NCBI GenBank assembly: GCA_963710755.1
Contig: CAVQBK010000003.1
Location: forward strand, 96,001 to 160,000
DNA length: 64,000 bases
Reading direction: 5' to 3'
Source: an uncultured bacterium
GTDB lineage: Bacteria; Oederibacteriota; JAAXVQ01; JAUVAV01
The notes under the pieces were generated by a model, which saw only the letters and a program-made list of their open reading frames with translations, searched no databases and had not been told where the DNA came from. Shown here piece after piece: positions 16,573 to 28,072 of the stretch (positions are counted from its first letter, which is position 1; each line of letters opens with the position of its first letter). The position numbers and the translations under genes are program-made.

Positions 16573-18822
16573 TTAAAGAGTGTTGGTCCCCTCAGCCAGT
16601 AAGACAGGTTGAATATGGGACTCTTCAACCAGCCAACAACGCTGATTATAACACACTTGTAAAATAAGCTTTAAATATAATGATTTTTGTGATCCTGACC
16701 AGGCCTGATGGAGTTTGATCTTTTGACTCAATTCCAGCCATTGCGTTTTCTGATCTTCATGCCTTTCTTTCTCTAAATATTTTATTTTATTCCTATTGGA
16801 ATAATAATAATCTAAAATTAATCCTTGCTGTTTATTTTCAAATTCCACTTTAAAGGATAATTGATTATTAATAGCTTCTTCCAATTGAGATTGGTCATTA
16901 GGATAATTTAATTTTGTTCTCATGGCTATTCTATAAATATTTTTGTTTTTATTTATTATAGTTAAAAAGCAGTTGCGTAATTCAATTTTAAATTGCAAGT
17001 TTTTATCATGAATGATTCGATTTTTTCCATAAACTAGGAGCTCAAAAGCTTGTACTGCACTGTCCAACCCATACGGATGATTTATCCAAAGCGATTGAAA
17101 CCAGTTGATGGTTCGTTCTTGCACTTTTATTCTGTTTTTATTCTCCCTCAGCCTGTTCAACCGTATTAAAAGCTTTAAAGCCATGCCAGCGCCAGATGGT
17201 AGGGCCTCGTCATACGGTTGCGTTAAGCGTTGAGGCAGATGGTTTTCCTGGGATTCTGCGGAATAAAAAACACCCTCTTCTGGGTTAAAAAAATAACTTA
17301 TCATTTTTTCGCTTATATTTTCTGCTTTATCCAACCATAGATGATTTTGGGTAACATCGAATAAATCTACCAAACTGTTTCCCAGATAAGCATAATCTTC
17401 TAAATAACCGGGACTTGGCGGCTCATGATCTATAATTGAGTGAAAAAGTCTTTTTTCATCACTTAAGTTGACTAATAACCATTGTGCAAGGGCTTCGGCT
17501 TCTTTAATCCATGTTGGCCGCTTAAATACTCGTCCTGCTTGTGAAAATCCCGATATTAATAGGCTGTTCCAGGAAGTAATAATCTTGGTATCTTTAGACG
17601 GTTTTGGTCGTTGTTCTCTTTGCTGTAAAAGAATGGTTTTTAATTGCTTTAAACGAGGCTCGCAAATCAATTTAGTTAAGTGCAAAATATTTTTCCCAGT
17701 CTTTTTGCCGGTTATCTCATTTTGATAATTACCATCCTTGCTCACAGAAAAAACATTTAACCCATAATCCGCTTCCGAACCAGAAAGGCTATCTTTTAAG
17801 TCTTCATAGCTCCAAAGATAATAAGCACTGTCTGCATCCAAGGCAGTATAAAACCCGCCTTGTTCAGCTTTCATTTCCCGGCAGAGCCAAGCGATTAACT
17901 CTTCCACGACTTCCTGATAAAGCGGCGATTGCAAACGTTCAAAACCAAGACTGAAACTTTTAAGCAAGAGGGCATTATCATACAGCATTTTTTCAAAATG
18001 CGGAACCAGCCATTTTTCATCAGTACAATAACGATGAAACCCCCCGCCCAGGTGATCACGCAGACCACCCTTGGCCATGGCATCCAGGGTGCTTCTGAAC
18101 ATGATCAAGGTTTGCTGGTCACTTTCAGCACTGCTCCTGGTGGCCAGGTTTTCCAGGATCTGATGAGAAGGAAATTTTGGTTTGTGACCAAACCCGCCAT
18201 GCACATCATCAAATTGGTCAGCATAACGCTGATTAGCCTCAGCCACAATAGTATCTATGCTTTTCAGCTCCTGCACCTCTGACCTAACCTGTTGTTGCAT
18301 CAGCCCGATGGCTTCATCCATTTTTTTTGCCTGTTGCGCTATCAGGGACTTTTGTGTCCTCCAAACGGAAGCCAACTGCTGCAACATGGTCTCAAACCCC
18401 GGTTGACCATGACGCCCTTCCTTGGGAAAGTAGCCTCCGCAATACCAAGGTTTTTTGTCGGCTTGCAGCCAGAGGGAATTGGGCCAGCCTCCATAACCGG
18501 TAAACAGCTGGGTGGCCAGCATATAATAGCTGTCCACATCGGGTAATTCTTCCCGGTCTGCTTTGATGGCGATATAGTCCTGATTCAGGATAGTGGCTAC
18601 CTCAGGATCATCGAAAACCTCGTGGCTCATCACATGGCACCAGTGACAGGTGGCATATCCTATGGACAAAAAAACCGGTTTGTTTTCTTTTCGTGCCAGG
18701 GCGAACGCTTCCTCCCCCCATGGCCACCACGCTATGGCCTGATGCGCATGCTGTTGTAAATAGGGATTGTGGCTCATCCGCAAGCGGTTGGGTTGAACCC
18801 CGTCCACTCCATCTTCGGCCAT
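16573..18822 (-). CDS. YyaL/SPATA20 family protein (DUF255 thioredoxin-like + alpha/alpha barrel)
   Basis: [56 protein letters not shown] and LEDYA. Confidence 0.9.
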   Translation of the reverse strand: MAEDGVDGVQPNRLRMSHNPYLQQHAHQAIAWWPWGEEAFALARKENKPVFLSIGYATCHWCHVMSHEVFDDPEVATILNQDYIAIKADREELPDVDSYYMLATQLFTGYGGWPNSLWLQADKKPWYCGGYFPKEGRHGQPGFETMLQQLASVWRTQKSLIAQQAKKMDEAIGLMQQQVRSEVQELKSIDTIVAEANQRYADQFDDVHGGFGHKPKFPSHQILENLATRSSAESDQQTLIMFRSTLDAMAKGGLRDHLGGGFHRYCTDEKWLVPHFEKMLYDNALLLKSFSLGFERLQSPLYQEVVEELIAWLCREMKAEQGGFYTALDADSAYYLWSYEDLKDSLSGSEADYGLNVFSVSKDGNYQNEITGKKTGKNILHLTKLICEPRLKQLKTILLQQREQRPKPSKDTKIITSWNSLLISGFSQAGRVFKRPTWIKEAEALAQWLLVNLSDEKRLFHSIIDHEPPSPGYLEDYAYLGNSLVDLFDVTQNHLWLDKAENISEKMISYFFNPEEGVFYSAESQENHLPQRLTQPYDEALPSGAGMALKLLIRLNRLRENKNRIKVQERTINWFQSLWINHPYGLDSAVQAFELLVYGKNRIIHDKNLQFKIELRNCFLTIINKNKNIYRIAMRTKLNYPNDQSQLEEAINNQLSFKVEFENKQQGLILDYYYSNRNKIKYLEKERHEDQKTQWLELSQKIKLHQAWSGSQKSLYLKLILQVCYNQRCWLVEESHIQPVLLAEGTNTL

Positions 18823-18911
18823 ATCTTACCTCCATCTCCCGGTACGATTCCATCTGCATCCTCGTCCCACCCCTGGTCCAGAAGCAATAAAATCCTTTAA
18901 AATAAGGAATT

Positions 18912-19361
18912 TTATCCTATTTCCAATTCTTTTTCTTCCGGATTTAATTTGGGCAAGACAATACTTAGGCGGCCTTTTTCAAAACGGCTGGTAATCCCCT
19001 TGCGATCAATAAGCGGAGGTAGAAGTACTTTTTTTTCAAAAGTCTGCAACTCGGTTTTGCGCGGGGACGCTGACCAGTCCGACTCGGTTGCCGACCATTG
19101 CCTCTTCGCGGTTACCGTCAAGTGACGTTGATCCATATGGATCTGAACCTGATTTTTTTTCGCGCCTTCCAGAAGAAAGGTGATAATCACGGCTTCCCGG
19201 TTTTCTTCGACTTCCATTCCCGCTCGCCACTGGTAAAAAGCATAAGCTTGTTCCTTATGCAGCCAGGCAGGCACCACAAATTCCTTCCGCCTCAATCCAG
19301 CCACACCGTGGGTGAGAGGAATTAATTGGTTAAAAGGATTCCAATGCTTTAACGTTTTCAT
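18912..19361 (-). CDS. Hsp20/alpha-crystallin family protein
   Basis: LTVTAKR...FEKKVLLP...FEKGRLSIVLPK and a C-terminal LEI motif. Start ATG 19361 has an AGGAGG RBS. Confidence 0.75.
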   Translation of the reverse strand: MKTLKHWNPFNQLIPLTHGVAGLRRKEFVVPAWLHKEQAYAFYQWRAGMEVEENREAVIITFLLEGAKKNQVQIHMDQRHLTVTAKRQWSATESDWSASPRKTELQTFEKKVLLPPLIDRKGITSRFEKGRLSIVLPKLNPEEKELEIG

Positions 19362-19573
19362 CACGTCCTCCTTTCTTCCCAAAAACCCAAAATACGCTTT
19401 TGCCTAATTATTTGGGCAATTCTTAAAAATCTTTCATTAACAACGTTTTTTAGACACCATTTTTACCGTTTTATCTTTAATTATTATTATATTATAATAA
19501 ATTTATATTTTGATATCTTTATTTCCTATTTTTAACAACCCCGCCGCTTCCAAAAATCAGGATGCCTTACGCA

Positions 19574-20323
19574 TTAACCTTTGGCTTTACCTTGGGCGGC
19601 TACAACAGCCGTAGCCTTTTTAACGGCCTCAGCATCACCCAAGTAATAATGTTTGGTCGGTTTAAAATGCTCATCGAATTCATATACCAGGGGAATACCG
19701 GTGGGAATATTAAGCTCCACCACTTCTTTCTCTGAAAGACCATCCAGATGTTTAACCAAAGCCCGCAGAGAATTGCCGTGGGCTGAGATTACTATTTTTT
19801 TACCAGCTTGCAATGATGGGGCAATGGTTTCATGCCAGTAAGGCAGCACCCTTTCCAAAGTGATTTTAAGGGACTCGGTGTTGCGCTCTGCTTCCTGCAA
19901 AACATCAGCGTATTTAGGATCAAACTTCAGGTTCCGGGGATCATCTTCCTCCAACGGCGGAGGAGTGACGTCATAACTTCGTCGCCAAATGTGAACCTGC
20001 TCGTCACCGTATTTGGCCGCTGTTTCTGCTTTATTCAATCCTTGGAGGGCGCCATAATGGCGTTCATTTAATTTCCAGGAGCGTACCACCGGAATCCACA
20101 TCAAGTCCATTTCATCCTGGATAATCCATAACGTGCGTATGGCTCTTTTAAGGTAGGAGGTGTACGCAAGATTAAAGGTGAACCCCTCTTGCTTGAGCAG
20201 TTGCGCTGCCGCCAGAGCTTCTTTTCTTCCCTGCTCGCTAAGATCCACATCCGTCCAGCCCGTGAACAAGTTTTGCTGGTTCCATAGGCTTTGTCCGTGT
20301 CTAATTAGCACCAGTTTATTCAT
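19574..20323 (-). CDS. gpmA: 2,3-BPG-dependent phosphoglycerate mutase
   Basis: [36 protein letters not shown] and LNIPTGIP. Confidence 0.97.
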   Translation of the reverse strand: MNKLVLIRHGQSLWNQQNLFTGWTDVDLSEQGRKEALAAAQLLKQEGFTFNLAYTSYLKRAIRTLWIIQDEMDLMWIPVVRSWKLNERHYGALQGLNKAETAAKYGDEQVHIWRRSYDVTPPPLEEDDPRNLKFDPKYADVLQEAERNTESLKITLERVLPYWHETIAPSLQAGKKIVISAHGNSLRALVKHLDGLSEKEVVELNIPTGIPLVYEFDEHFKPTKHYYLGDAEAVKKATAVVAAQGKAKG

Positions 20324-20554
20324 CACACCACCCCCTTAACGTTATTAGTTGTTACTTTATTGGAACCCGAATTCGACTTTTTCACTGATGGAAAACAGGG
20401 GACACTTTTTAGTATCTTTTACCGGCAACCTCGCGAGAGAAACGAACCGGCCATCTTTTATTCGGCCTGGGTTGCCCTGGATTAATCTCAGGAATGATGG
20501 AATGGCCCATATAAACAGGGTTGGCTTATAGGACTTGCGGTTTGTACATATGGT

Positions 20555-20758
20555 TTAATTGCAAAAATAGGACATTAACCATTGCGGATGGCGGGCTTTG
20601 GCTTCTTGCAGGATTTTTTCATACAGCCAGAATTTTTTAATGGCTAAAGTTGTAATCTTTTGCCGGACTTTTTCCCGTTCCCGGGTGCGTATTTCTTTTA
20701 AGGATAATTTGCTCATCTGAAGGATGACTTGAAGTTTGGATATGGTTCCATCTAACAT
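20555..20758 (-). CDS. Small basic hypothetical protein (67 aa)
   Basis: ORF with GCAGGTGA RBS-like sequence before ATG 20758, in an otherwise empty intergenic gap. No recognisable motif. Confidence 0.4.
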   Translation of the reverse strand: MLDGTISKLQVILQMSKLSLKEIRTREREKVRQKITTLAIKKFWLYEKILQEAKARHPQWLMSYFCN

Positions 20759-20912
20759 GGCGGTCACCTGCCTTACTGAAGTTTTCCGAACCCTCTTACG
20801 GGGATCAACTTACTTGGCGGAAGGATAAACCTTTGTTTACTGATGCATTATAAGAAGCTAATGCTTGTAGTAACTATATCATGGCTGACAGCATATTGCA
20901 AATGAGCGGCGT

Positions 20913-22907
20913 TTACTTGGGGCGTTGTCGCTGTCCATGGTATAGCTTGACCAGCCAGACGATGGGCAGGCCCACGCGATAACCAAGGACCATGGCCTGG
21001 TTAATGATGGTGGTACGCACTACCCCCAATTGCCGCCACCGCCGGGCTGAGGTGGATATGCTTTGACTGGCCACGGCAATGCTTCCTCTTTTTTTACAAA
21101 CCCTCACCAACTCATAGTCTTCCATGATGGGCAGTGGTTTGAATCCACCCACTTGTTGGAAAAATCCCCGATCCAGAAACAACCCTTGATCACCATAAGG
21201 CCAGCCCAGCACCCGGGCCCGCCAGTTGGCCCATCGCGTGACCTGCTCAAGCCACCATCCCCGCTGGTCCAGCGTCAAGCCAAAGGCGCCCAGGCTTACC
21301 CCGGGCCGGCTGAGCACCTCCCGAATGGAAAGACCAAGCCCTGAAGGAACCATACTGTCGCTATGCAGAAAAAGCAGGATATCGCCCCTGGCCCGGCTGG
21401 CGCCGAGATTCATTTGAAAAGCACGGCCTCTGGGCCCTGACAGCACGCACACAGGGAAGGTCTTGGCCACTTCCATGGTCTGGTCACTGCTGCCCCCATC
21501 CACCACGATGATCTCCTGCAACGGTTCTTTTTGCAGGGCCGCCAATAAAAGAGGTAATCGTTCGGCCTCATTGAACACAGGAATAATGACCGAAATGGAC
21601 GGCCGCACAGACCGCTTTTGTACCTCCATCCAGCGGGGTAAATCTTCAGGCCGGTCGATATCATGACCCCATGTCAGCAACCCCACTGATAACTGCCGTT
21701 GCGCTGCAATAGCCCGCGTTTGTTCCAGCACCTGGTCTGACCCCCAACTCACCTGTTGGAACAGGCCCGGCTCATCCCGGGTCAGGCCAATCAGATAATA
21801 ACCTCCATCGTAAGCCGGACCGAGTACCAGGTCATGCTGATTTAAAGATTGCAACGCCTGACCCGCCAGGCCGGCATTCATCTCCACTGCATCCACACCC
21901 ACCATAATGACCCTTTTTTTACCGCGCTTAAAGGCCCTCTGAAAAGCGTGTCTCATTTTTTGCCCCAAATCACCTTTACCTTGAGGCCGCAAGAGCAGGT
22001 CCCTGCCCCAGCGGGCTTTCCATTGCGCCTTGCGGCCGCTGCTATAACAAAGTTCAACTGAAAGCCGCTGCTGGCGTTGCGCTTGTCTGGCCCAGGTCAA
22101 GCAATGGTCAATCATTAAGCTGTGTTGCCTGGCCGCACCTTCGGCCCCGAGACTGGGAATAAGACGGGTCTTGGTGCTGCCTGCTTGTGGGTAGCGGCTC
22201 ATGATCATTAAATGGTCTGGTGCTGTCCTGGGCCAAAGGGGATCCCTTCCCAGGTGCACCCGTGCCATAGCGGCCAGACCCTGCAGGAGCAGCTTCACTT
22301 TGGTCATTAGCCCTGCGAGGTCTGGCCTGGACTTGGCAACAGGATGCGCCTTTAGAGGTACTTCTGTGATGGGGATGTGACTTTGAATAGCCCTTAGGAG
22401 TATTCCCACCATCCAAGCAGAACTGCTGGCGGCGGGTTTAAGCCATTGCAAAGTGGTATAACGAATAGCCCAAAAGGACTGGACATCGGTTAAGCTTACA
22501 GCCCACCTCCAGCGAATCAGTCCTGTTAGCAAGCGCAGGAGCCAACGGGCACCCGCTTTTCTTGGTGGAGTTCCCAGCACCAAGTCCTGACGGCCTGACT
22601 GCAGGGGCTCCAGCAAGTCCATCACTTCCCTGGGATCTTCTGTAAGCGTTGGGCTGAAAAACACCACCACATCACATGGCTCCAAAGCCTGCGCAGCAGC
22701 ATGGCAGGCAGCTCCATAGTCGGCCTGGTCCAAAATAATAAGGCAGTGCCCATAGCCTTGTAATGGACTTGCCTGCTTTTCCAGATGAGCGGCCAGCACT
22801 ACCACCACGTGATCAACGTCTTTGGGCATTTCTTGCAACAGGCGATGGGCAGCGGCACCATCCTCAAGAACAGGAACCACTGCGCTAATGGTTGGCTTCT
22901 GATGCAT
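20913..22907 (-). CDS. Triple glycosyltransferase fusion: degenerate GT2 + DUF2064/TIGR04282-type + TIGR04283-type GT2
   Basis: Middle domain: YPQAGSTKTRLIP, QGKGDLG, LGPAYDGGYYLIG, DIDRPED. C-terminal domain: VDGGSSD, GRAFQMNLGA, FLHSDS, YGDQGLF, MEDYE, TSARRW. Confidence 0.88.
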   Translation of the reverse strand: MHQKPTISAVVPVLEDGAAAHRLLQEMPKDVDHVVVVLAAHLEKQASPLQGYGHCLIILDQADYGAACHAAAQALEPCDVVVFFSPTLTEDPREVMDLLEPLQSGRQDLVLGTPPRKAGARWLLRLLTGLIRWRWAVSLTDVQSFWAIRYTTLQWLKPAASSSAWMVGILLRAIQSHIPITEVPLKAHPVAKSRPDLAGLMTKVKLLLQGLAAMARVHLGRDPLWPRTAPDHLMIMSRYPQAGSTKTRLIPSLGAEGAARQHSLMIDHCLTWARQAQRQQRLSVELCYSSGRKAQWKARWGRDLLLRPQGKGDLGQKMRHAFQRAFKRGKKRVIMVGVDAVEMNAGLAGQALQSLNQHDLVLGPAYDGGYYLIGLTRDEPGLFQQVSWGSDQVLEQTRAIAAQRQLSVGLLTWGHDIDRPEDLPRWMEVQKRSVRPSISVIIPVFNEAERLPLLLAALQKEPLQEIIVVDGGSSDQTMEVAKTFPVCVLSGPRGRAFQMNLGASRARGDILLFLHSDSMVPSGLGLSIREVLSRPGVSLGAFGLTLDQRGWWLEQVTRWANWRARVLGWPYGDQGLFLDRGFFQQVGGFKPLPIMEDYELVRVCKKRGSIAVASQSISTSARRWRQLGVVRTTIINQAMVLGYRVGLPIVWLVKLYHGQRQRPK

Positions 22908-24372
22908 ACAGATTGCGGCTCCTGATTTTTTTTAGGATTGCCCCTATCAGAATAAACCCGGCCGGCATAATTTGCAGCCATAGCAGCCCTTGAAGTAGCC
23001 AGGAAGGCCAGCCTTGGGCCAGACCATAGGGGTAGAGATAGGACAAGGTCATAGTTATGCTCATAAGTGTAATGGTCGGAGACCATATAAACACCAGGAG
23101 CGGCAACACTAAAGCAAACACCCAAGGTACTTGTAGGGGGCTGAGTACAAACAGGCCAAGACTCATGCACAATGCGTTGCCCATCAGCGCTTGAGCATTA
23201 ATGGCAGGAACCAAAGCCCAACCTACCATCCAGGCCAACAGGATCACGCTGACCAGAACCAGAGTCCCATACTGCACAACCAGAGCGTTGGAGCTCACCC
23301 ATCCCAACAGTCCTGCACCAAGAACACTTAAACTGGAAAATAGCGTATTGGGTCCTTGGGCCAAGAGGTCCAATAAATTTAGGCTGCCATGACTTTGCTC
23401 ATAACCATAGATCATAGGCACACTCAGCAAGGCCAGAATAAGAATAAAAACACCCATTCCTTTTATGGCTGCCCACCACGATCTGGGGGACTTGCCCAGT
23501 ACCAGCGGTAGCAACAACCCCGGCCAATAGGCAATAGCCGTGGCCATGGCCAACAAAGCTGAAGCCAGTAATCGCCGATTCGCCACAGTGGCCCACAAAG
23601 CCGGTAATACCAATACCCAAGCCCATAGCCCCAATTGGGCCCGGTTATAAAATTCCAAAATCACCAAGGGATTCCACCAGTAAAGCAAGAGCCTGGTCCA
23701 CGGCCACGACCATCGTCGGCATAAACTGAAAAGGAGCAGTACCATGATCACGTCTATCAACAACAACACCACCCGCCATGCCACCATGCTCCAGGCCTTA
23801 AGTTTATAGGCCAACGCCATGAACACCAGCGCCACGGGGGGAGCAGCCAACGCCTGACCCTGGGCAATCGTGTTTAACAATTCCAGATGCTGCGATGTTA
23901 ATTGACCAATGCTGGGAGGTAAAGTCCCAGGACCAGTGCCAGATAAGCCCAATACTTTGGCTGGGGTGTAGTCATAAGGATTGAATCCTTGGGCACTCAC
24001 CGCACCGTTCCATAAATAGCGCGCGGCCTGTTCATTGCCCAGCGGCGGAGCGGTCAGCATCAGCAAGCGCATGACCAGACCCACCACCAAAATGATTACC
24101 AGCATTTTTTTCTCTGGTTTCAATAAGTTGATTTTTAGGGCAGCCAGCAAGAAGATAAACATGCCAGCCACCATTATTCCAAACAGAATAACTCCTGATT
24201 GTGCTGCACCGGACTGGTGCCAGCTTGGATGTAGAACCAATTGCTGCAACCCCCAAGCCCAGAGCAACAACCCAACCCCGCTGAACCCTATCAGCTGCGG
24301 GACGTGGCGCTCCCAAAAATAATTAATCCTGTTTACAAAGCGGTCAAGGCGGTAAACTTTGGCGGTAAACAT
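22885..24372 (-). CDS. Polytopic membrane protein, GT-C/GT87 (DUF2029)-like
   Basis: Many TM helices, with RYLWNG..GFNPY..TP, YWWNPLVILEF and LSP..VPW motifs. Start ATG 24372 follows a GAGGTG RBS and the gene overlaps the GT fusion start. Confidence 0.7.
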   Translation of the reverse strand: MFTAKVYRLDRFVNRINYFWERHVPQLIGFSGVGLLLWAWGLQQLVLHPSWHQSGAAQSGVILFGIMVAGMFIFLLAALKINLLKPEKKMLVIILVVGLVMRLLMLTAPPLGNEQAARYLWNGAVSAQGFNPYDYTPAKVLGLSGTGPGTLPPSIGQLTSQHLELLNTIAQGQALAAPPVALVFMALAYKLKAWSMVAWRVVLLLIDVIMVLLLFSLCRRWSWPWTRLLLYWWNPLVILEFYNRAQLGLWAWVLVLPALWATVANRRLLASALLAMATAIAYWPGLLLPLVLGKSPRSWWAAIKGMGVFILILALLSVPMIYGYEQSHGSLNLLDLLAQGPNTLFSSLSVLGAGLLGWVSSNALVVQYGTLVLVSVILLAWMVGWALVPAINAQALMGNALCMSLGLFVLSPLQVPWVFALVLPLLVFIWSPTITLMSITMTLSYLYPYGLAQGWPSWLLQGLLWLQIMPAGFILIGAILKKIRSRNLYASEANH

Positions 24373-24547
24373 AAACACCTCAAGTGATGAACTGATCAAA
24401 ATTCCCGGGCACTTATTGGCAGGTCCGGGGCTAAAACAGATGTGGCCTGACTTTTTTTTTATGGTAAAGTAGCCTGACCCGGTTCTGCAGGCAAGAACGC
24501 TGATGATCGCGCCTGCCACTTTACCCGGACATACGCAGGAGGCGCTC

Positions 24548-25054
24548 ATGCATAATCTTAATTATATGGAAGCTGCTGAAAAAGTGACAGCAAAGTTTAC
24601 TCATAATGGCGGGTTTTTAACAGTCCAGACTGAAACCCAGCTCAACACCATGACCATCAGTTGGTGGAGCGTGGGGTTTATCTGGAAGCGTCCGGTGTTG
24701 ACCGTGGCAGTCAGACCCACCCGGCATACCTTTGAACTTATCCAAAAAGCGCAGGACTTCACGGTCACCATTCCCGTTCCCGATCTGCCCGAAGCCTTGA
24801 ACGTGTGCGGCGCCATCTCCGGCCGCGATCAGGATAAGTTTAACGCTGCTCATCTCCAGACCGAGGCTGCGCAAAAAACCAGTTCACCCGTCATCGCCGC
24901 ACCGGGCATCCATTATGAATGTCGCATTCTCCTGCGTTCAGCCATGGATCACCGGCAGATGGCCTCAGAACTGGACGTGTTTTACCCCAAGAAGGACTAT
25001 CACACTTTTTTCTTTGGAGAGATTCTGGCCTGTTATGAGACAGGTTCTGACTAA
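24548..25054 (+). CDS. Flavin reductase-like FMN-binding protein
   Basis: NTMTISW, AVRPTRHT, CGAISGRDQDK, YECR and YHTFFFGEI. AGGAGG RBS. Confidence 0.88.
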   Translation: MHNLNYMEAAEKVTAKFTHNGGFLTVQTETQLNTMTISWWSVGFIWKRPVLTVAVRPTRHTFELIQKAQDFTVTIPVPDLPEALNVCGAISGRDQDKFNAAHLQTEAAQKTSSPVIAAPGIHYECRILLRSAMDHRQMASELDVFYPKKDYHTFFFGEILACYETGSD

Positions 25055-25082
25055 AAACTTATAGGTGAATTGGCCAAGGTAT

Positions 25083-25562
25083 TCAAGGCCCGGCTGAGCC
25101 GGCCTGAAGAGGAAAGCCACTATGTTCCCAGGATTGGATTCCGTAAGGGTAATGGATAAGACTGGTATACTCGAGGACTTTTAAGCGTTCCAATAACATG
25201 CCGGCTTTAGGGCAGGCACTGTTGCTGCAATACACGACAAGTAAGGCATTATGATCGGGCAGGACTTGCGCAATCTCTTGGTCCGTCGCCTTATAGGTCA
25301 GATTAACAGCACCTGGTATATGGTTTTTTTGATACGCTTCTGCGCTGCGCCCATCCACCAGAATCAGTGGAACGTTTTTATTCAAAAGCAGTTTTAAACC
25401 AATGGTGTTAATCTGGCCAAAGACTTGGTCTTCCAGCACACAGGCCTCCTGACTGAAAGCCCTGTGGCTGCCATCATCCGAACCTGCCCACAATTGCAAA
25501 GGCGTTAAACCAACGGCCAACAAAAACAGCCTTAGGATAATTTTAAAGCATTGACAGCACAT
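25083..25562 (-). CDS. Exported rhodanese-like domain protein
   Basis: N-terminal signal-like segment, VDGRSAEAYQKNHIPGA, VYCSNSAC and GIQSWEHSG. Confidence 0.8.
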   Translation of the reverse strand: MCCQCFKIILRLFLLAVGLTPLQLWAGSDDGSHRAFSQEACVLEDQVFGQINTIGLKLLLNKNVPLILVDGRSAEAYQKNHIPGAVNLTYKATDQEIAQVLPDHNALLVVYCSNSACPKAGMLLERLKVLEYTSLIHYPYGIQSWEHSGFPLQAGSAGP

Positions 25563-25574
25563 GAAGCCTCCTTA

Positions 25575-26330
25575 TTAATCGCCATAAATGTCGCCAGCCT
25601 CCTGATCCACCATCCACACCAGTTCGCCCTGAGGGGCCACGGCAGCAGCAGGAAAGCGTTCCTTGGCCAGTTCCGGATTGGTCCAGATTTCACGCACCAC
25701 TTCTCTTTTGTTTTTTCCAGTTACCAAAAATAATACATGCCGGGCATGATTGACCACAGGTAAGGTCAAGCTGAGGCGATGCCCGGGCGGGTTGCCGGTA
25801 GGCGCATAGACCTGCACCACCAGACGGCGATAAGCCTGTAGATGGTGGTCATCACCAGGAAAAAGCGACAGGGTATGACCATCCGGACCCAGTCCTAATA
25901 AGACAAGATCAAATACAGGCCAATGGTCGGGACCGTTCAATTCGAATATCTGCTGGATCTCCTGCTCATAGCGCTGTGCCGCTTGACCGGGTGTGAGGTT
26001 AAGATCCGCCATGGGGTGAATATGAGCAGAAGGAATAAGTTCTTTCTTTGGCGCCAGCAGCGTTTGATAGGCCATGGCATAATTGCTGTGCTCGTGGTCC
26101 AATGCCACCCAGCGCTCATCGCCCCAGAAAAAATGGGTCTTCTGCCAGGGGAACTCCTGCTGAAAAGGGTCTTGGCTCAGGGTTTGATACAACGCCCGGG
26201 GTGTAGTGCCACCAGCCAAAACCAAGGTGAAGCGTCCTCTGCTATCCACACTGTCATTGGCAATACGCACCACTTCCATCGCCGCAGCTTCTTGTAGAAT
26301 TTCCGGAGAATCAAAGACCGTTTTTTCCAT
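25575..26330 (-). CDS. pgl: 6-phosphogluconolactonase
   Basis: LAGGTTP, WGDERWV, SNY, LGLGPDGHTLSLFP and RLSLT. Confidence 0.95.
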   Translation of the reverse strand: MEKTVFDSPEILQEAAAMEVVRIANDSVDSRGRFTLVLAGGTTPRALYQTLSQDPFQQEFPWQKTHFFWGDERWVALDHEHSNYAMAYQTLLAPKKELIPSAHIHPMADLNLTPGQAAQRYEQEIQQIFELNGPDHWPVFDLVLLGLGPDGHTLSLFPGDDHHLQAYRRLVVQVYAPTGNPPGHRLSLTLPVVNHARHVLFLVTGKNKREVVREIWTNPELAKERFPAAAVAPQGELVWMVDQEAGDIYGD

Positions 26331-26449
26331 AAGCACCGCCTTTATCCTGGAGTGGGCCGTACCCACCGGCGCCGGTGGCCAGGCTATTTAATTTTAAAGG
26401 GTCATGGTTAGAAAAGCAACTGGTGAAGATCAGGGCGGCTAATGCGGAT

Positions 26450-27982
26450 TTACAGATTACGCCAAGCTCTTCCGTCTGCAGTCAATAGCTGATCAGCTTC
26501 CTGTGGTCCCCAGGTGCTGGCTTCATAAGGATACAGAGGGCAGTGGTGAGGTGCGCGTGCCCATTCTTGCAGAACCGGAGTGAGCAGAGTCCAGGAAGCT
26601 TCCACCCCCACACTGCTCCAGAACAGGGTCTGATCACCGATCATGGAATCGAGCAACAACCGTTCATAAGCTTCCGGCGGCGGGGTCTGAAACAAATCGT
26701 GGTATTTGAATGCCAACGATAAAGATGACATACAATGTTTGGGTCCCGGGGTTTTAGCCTGAATGCTCAAGGCCATACCCTCTTCCGGCTGGACATTTAA
26801 GACCAGCACATTCTGCTCAATCTGATCGGTCATCTCCTTGGGGAACATGGAGTGAGGTACTGGTTTGAAAACAATGGCAATTTCACTGACTTTACGTTTC
26901 ATTCGTTTGCCGGAGCGCAGGTAAAAGGGCACGCCCTGCCAACGCCAATTATCGATCATTAATTTGGCAGCCACATAGGTCTCGGTCGTGGAATTGTGGG
27001 GTACTTTGAGTTCATCACGATAGGCCGGTACACTTTGACCATTAATCGTGCCCGAGGTATATTGCCCCCGGATAATGCAAGGTCGGCCGTTTTCAGATAT
27101 GCTAAAAGGCCGGATGGACTGGAGCAATTTAATACGTTCACCCCTAACCCGGCTGGCATCAAAAGAAGTGGGTGATTCCATGGCCACCATGGCCACCATT
27201 TGCAGCATATGATTTTGAAACATATCCCGCAGCTGGCCGGCTTGATCATAGTAGCCGGCCCGGTGTTCCACGCCCAGCTCTTCAGCCACCGTAATCTGAA
27301 CGTGATCAATATAGCGCCTGTTCCAAAGGGGTTCAAATATAGCATTGGCAAAACGGAACATTAAAATATTCTGGACCGTATCTTTACCCAGGTAGTGATC
27401 GATCCGGTAAATTTGACTTTCTTTGAGCTGTTGATGTAGCAATTTATCCAAGTTAACAGCACTTTCCAAATCATGGCCAAAGGGTTTCTCAAAAATCATT
27501 CTTCTGAAATAGGCTTTATTTTCAGGCTCTTTCGATAGTCCGGTTGTACCCAGGTGCTCTGCGATCACAGCATCCAGCCCAGGAGGGGTGGATAAATAAA
27601 ATAAGTAATTCTTATCAGTATGATGAAGCTTATCCAACAAATGAATACGGTTAGCCAGTTCAGCATAATCGTTAATCTCCGTATAATCCAGATGTTGATA
27701 ATAGCATCTTTCTAAAAAAGCTTGCAAACTGTCGTGCTCATACCCATGATCCGCCAAATCCGTTTTAATCATGTCTCTAAAGCGGTTATCCTCAATGGAG
27801 GTACGGCCACAGCCAAGGATAAAAAATTGTTCCGTTAGGGTTTGTTTACGAAACAACTGGTAAAGGGAAGGCATGAGTTTACGATGCGTTAAATCTCCGG
27901 AAGCACCAAAAATTATCACGCCCACCGGACCGGCGCTGTCTTCCGCACAGGTTAAGTGATAATGTTCATCAAGCGGTACCAT
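26450..27982 (-). CDS. zwf: Glucose-6-phosphate 1-dehydrogenase
   Basis: [26 protein letters not shown] and [13 protein letters not shown]. Confidence 0.97.
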   Translation of the reverse strand: MVPLDEHYHLTCAEDSAGPVGVIIFGASGDLTHRKLMPSLYQLFRKQTLTEQFFILGCGRTSIEDNRFRDMIKTDLADHGYEHDSLQAFLERCYYQHLDYTEINDYAELANRIHLLDKLHHTDKNYLFYLSTPPGLDAVIAEHLGTTGLSKEPENKAYFRRMIFEKPFGHDLESAVNLDKLLHQQLKESQIYRIDHYLGKDTVQNILMFRFANAIFEPLWNRRYIDHVQITVAEELGVEHRAGYYDQAGQLRDMFQNHMLQMVAMVAMESPTSFDASRVRGERIKLLQSIRPFSISENGRPCIIRGQYTSGTINGQSVPAYRDELKVPHNSTTETYVAAKLMIDNWRWQGVPFYLRSGKRMKRKVSEIAIVFKPVPHSMFPKEMTDQIEQNVLVLNVQPEEGMALSIQAKTPGPKHCMSSLSLAFKYHDLFQTPPPEAYERLLLDSMIGDQTLFWSSVGVEASWTLLTPVLQEWARAPHHCPLYPYEASTWGPQEADQLLTADGRAWRNL

Positions 27983-28072
27983 AATCCTTCACCCCCTAAC
28001 ATTTCCATCCCCGCAGATGGCCTGAAAGCACACATCCATTCCTTTTCACCCAGTCCTGGATTTATTAAGTAA

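Noticed and set aside
19385-19560. Very AT-rich stretch with short TTA repeats
   Set aside because: It is consistent with the hsp20 promoter region; no CIRCE, iteron or array structure was found.
20400-20510. Possible c-di-GMP riboswitch-like sequence near gpmA
   Set aside because: The GGCAAAC/GACGCAAA consensus elements are not properly present, and the partial match is on the strand opposite gpmA.
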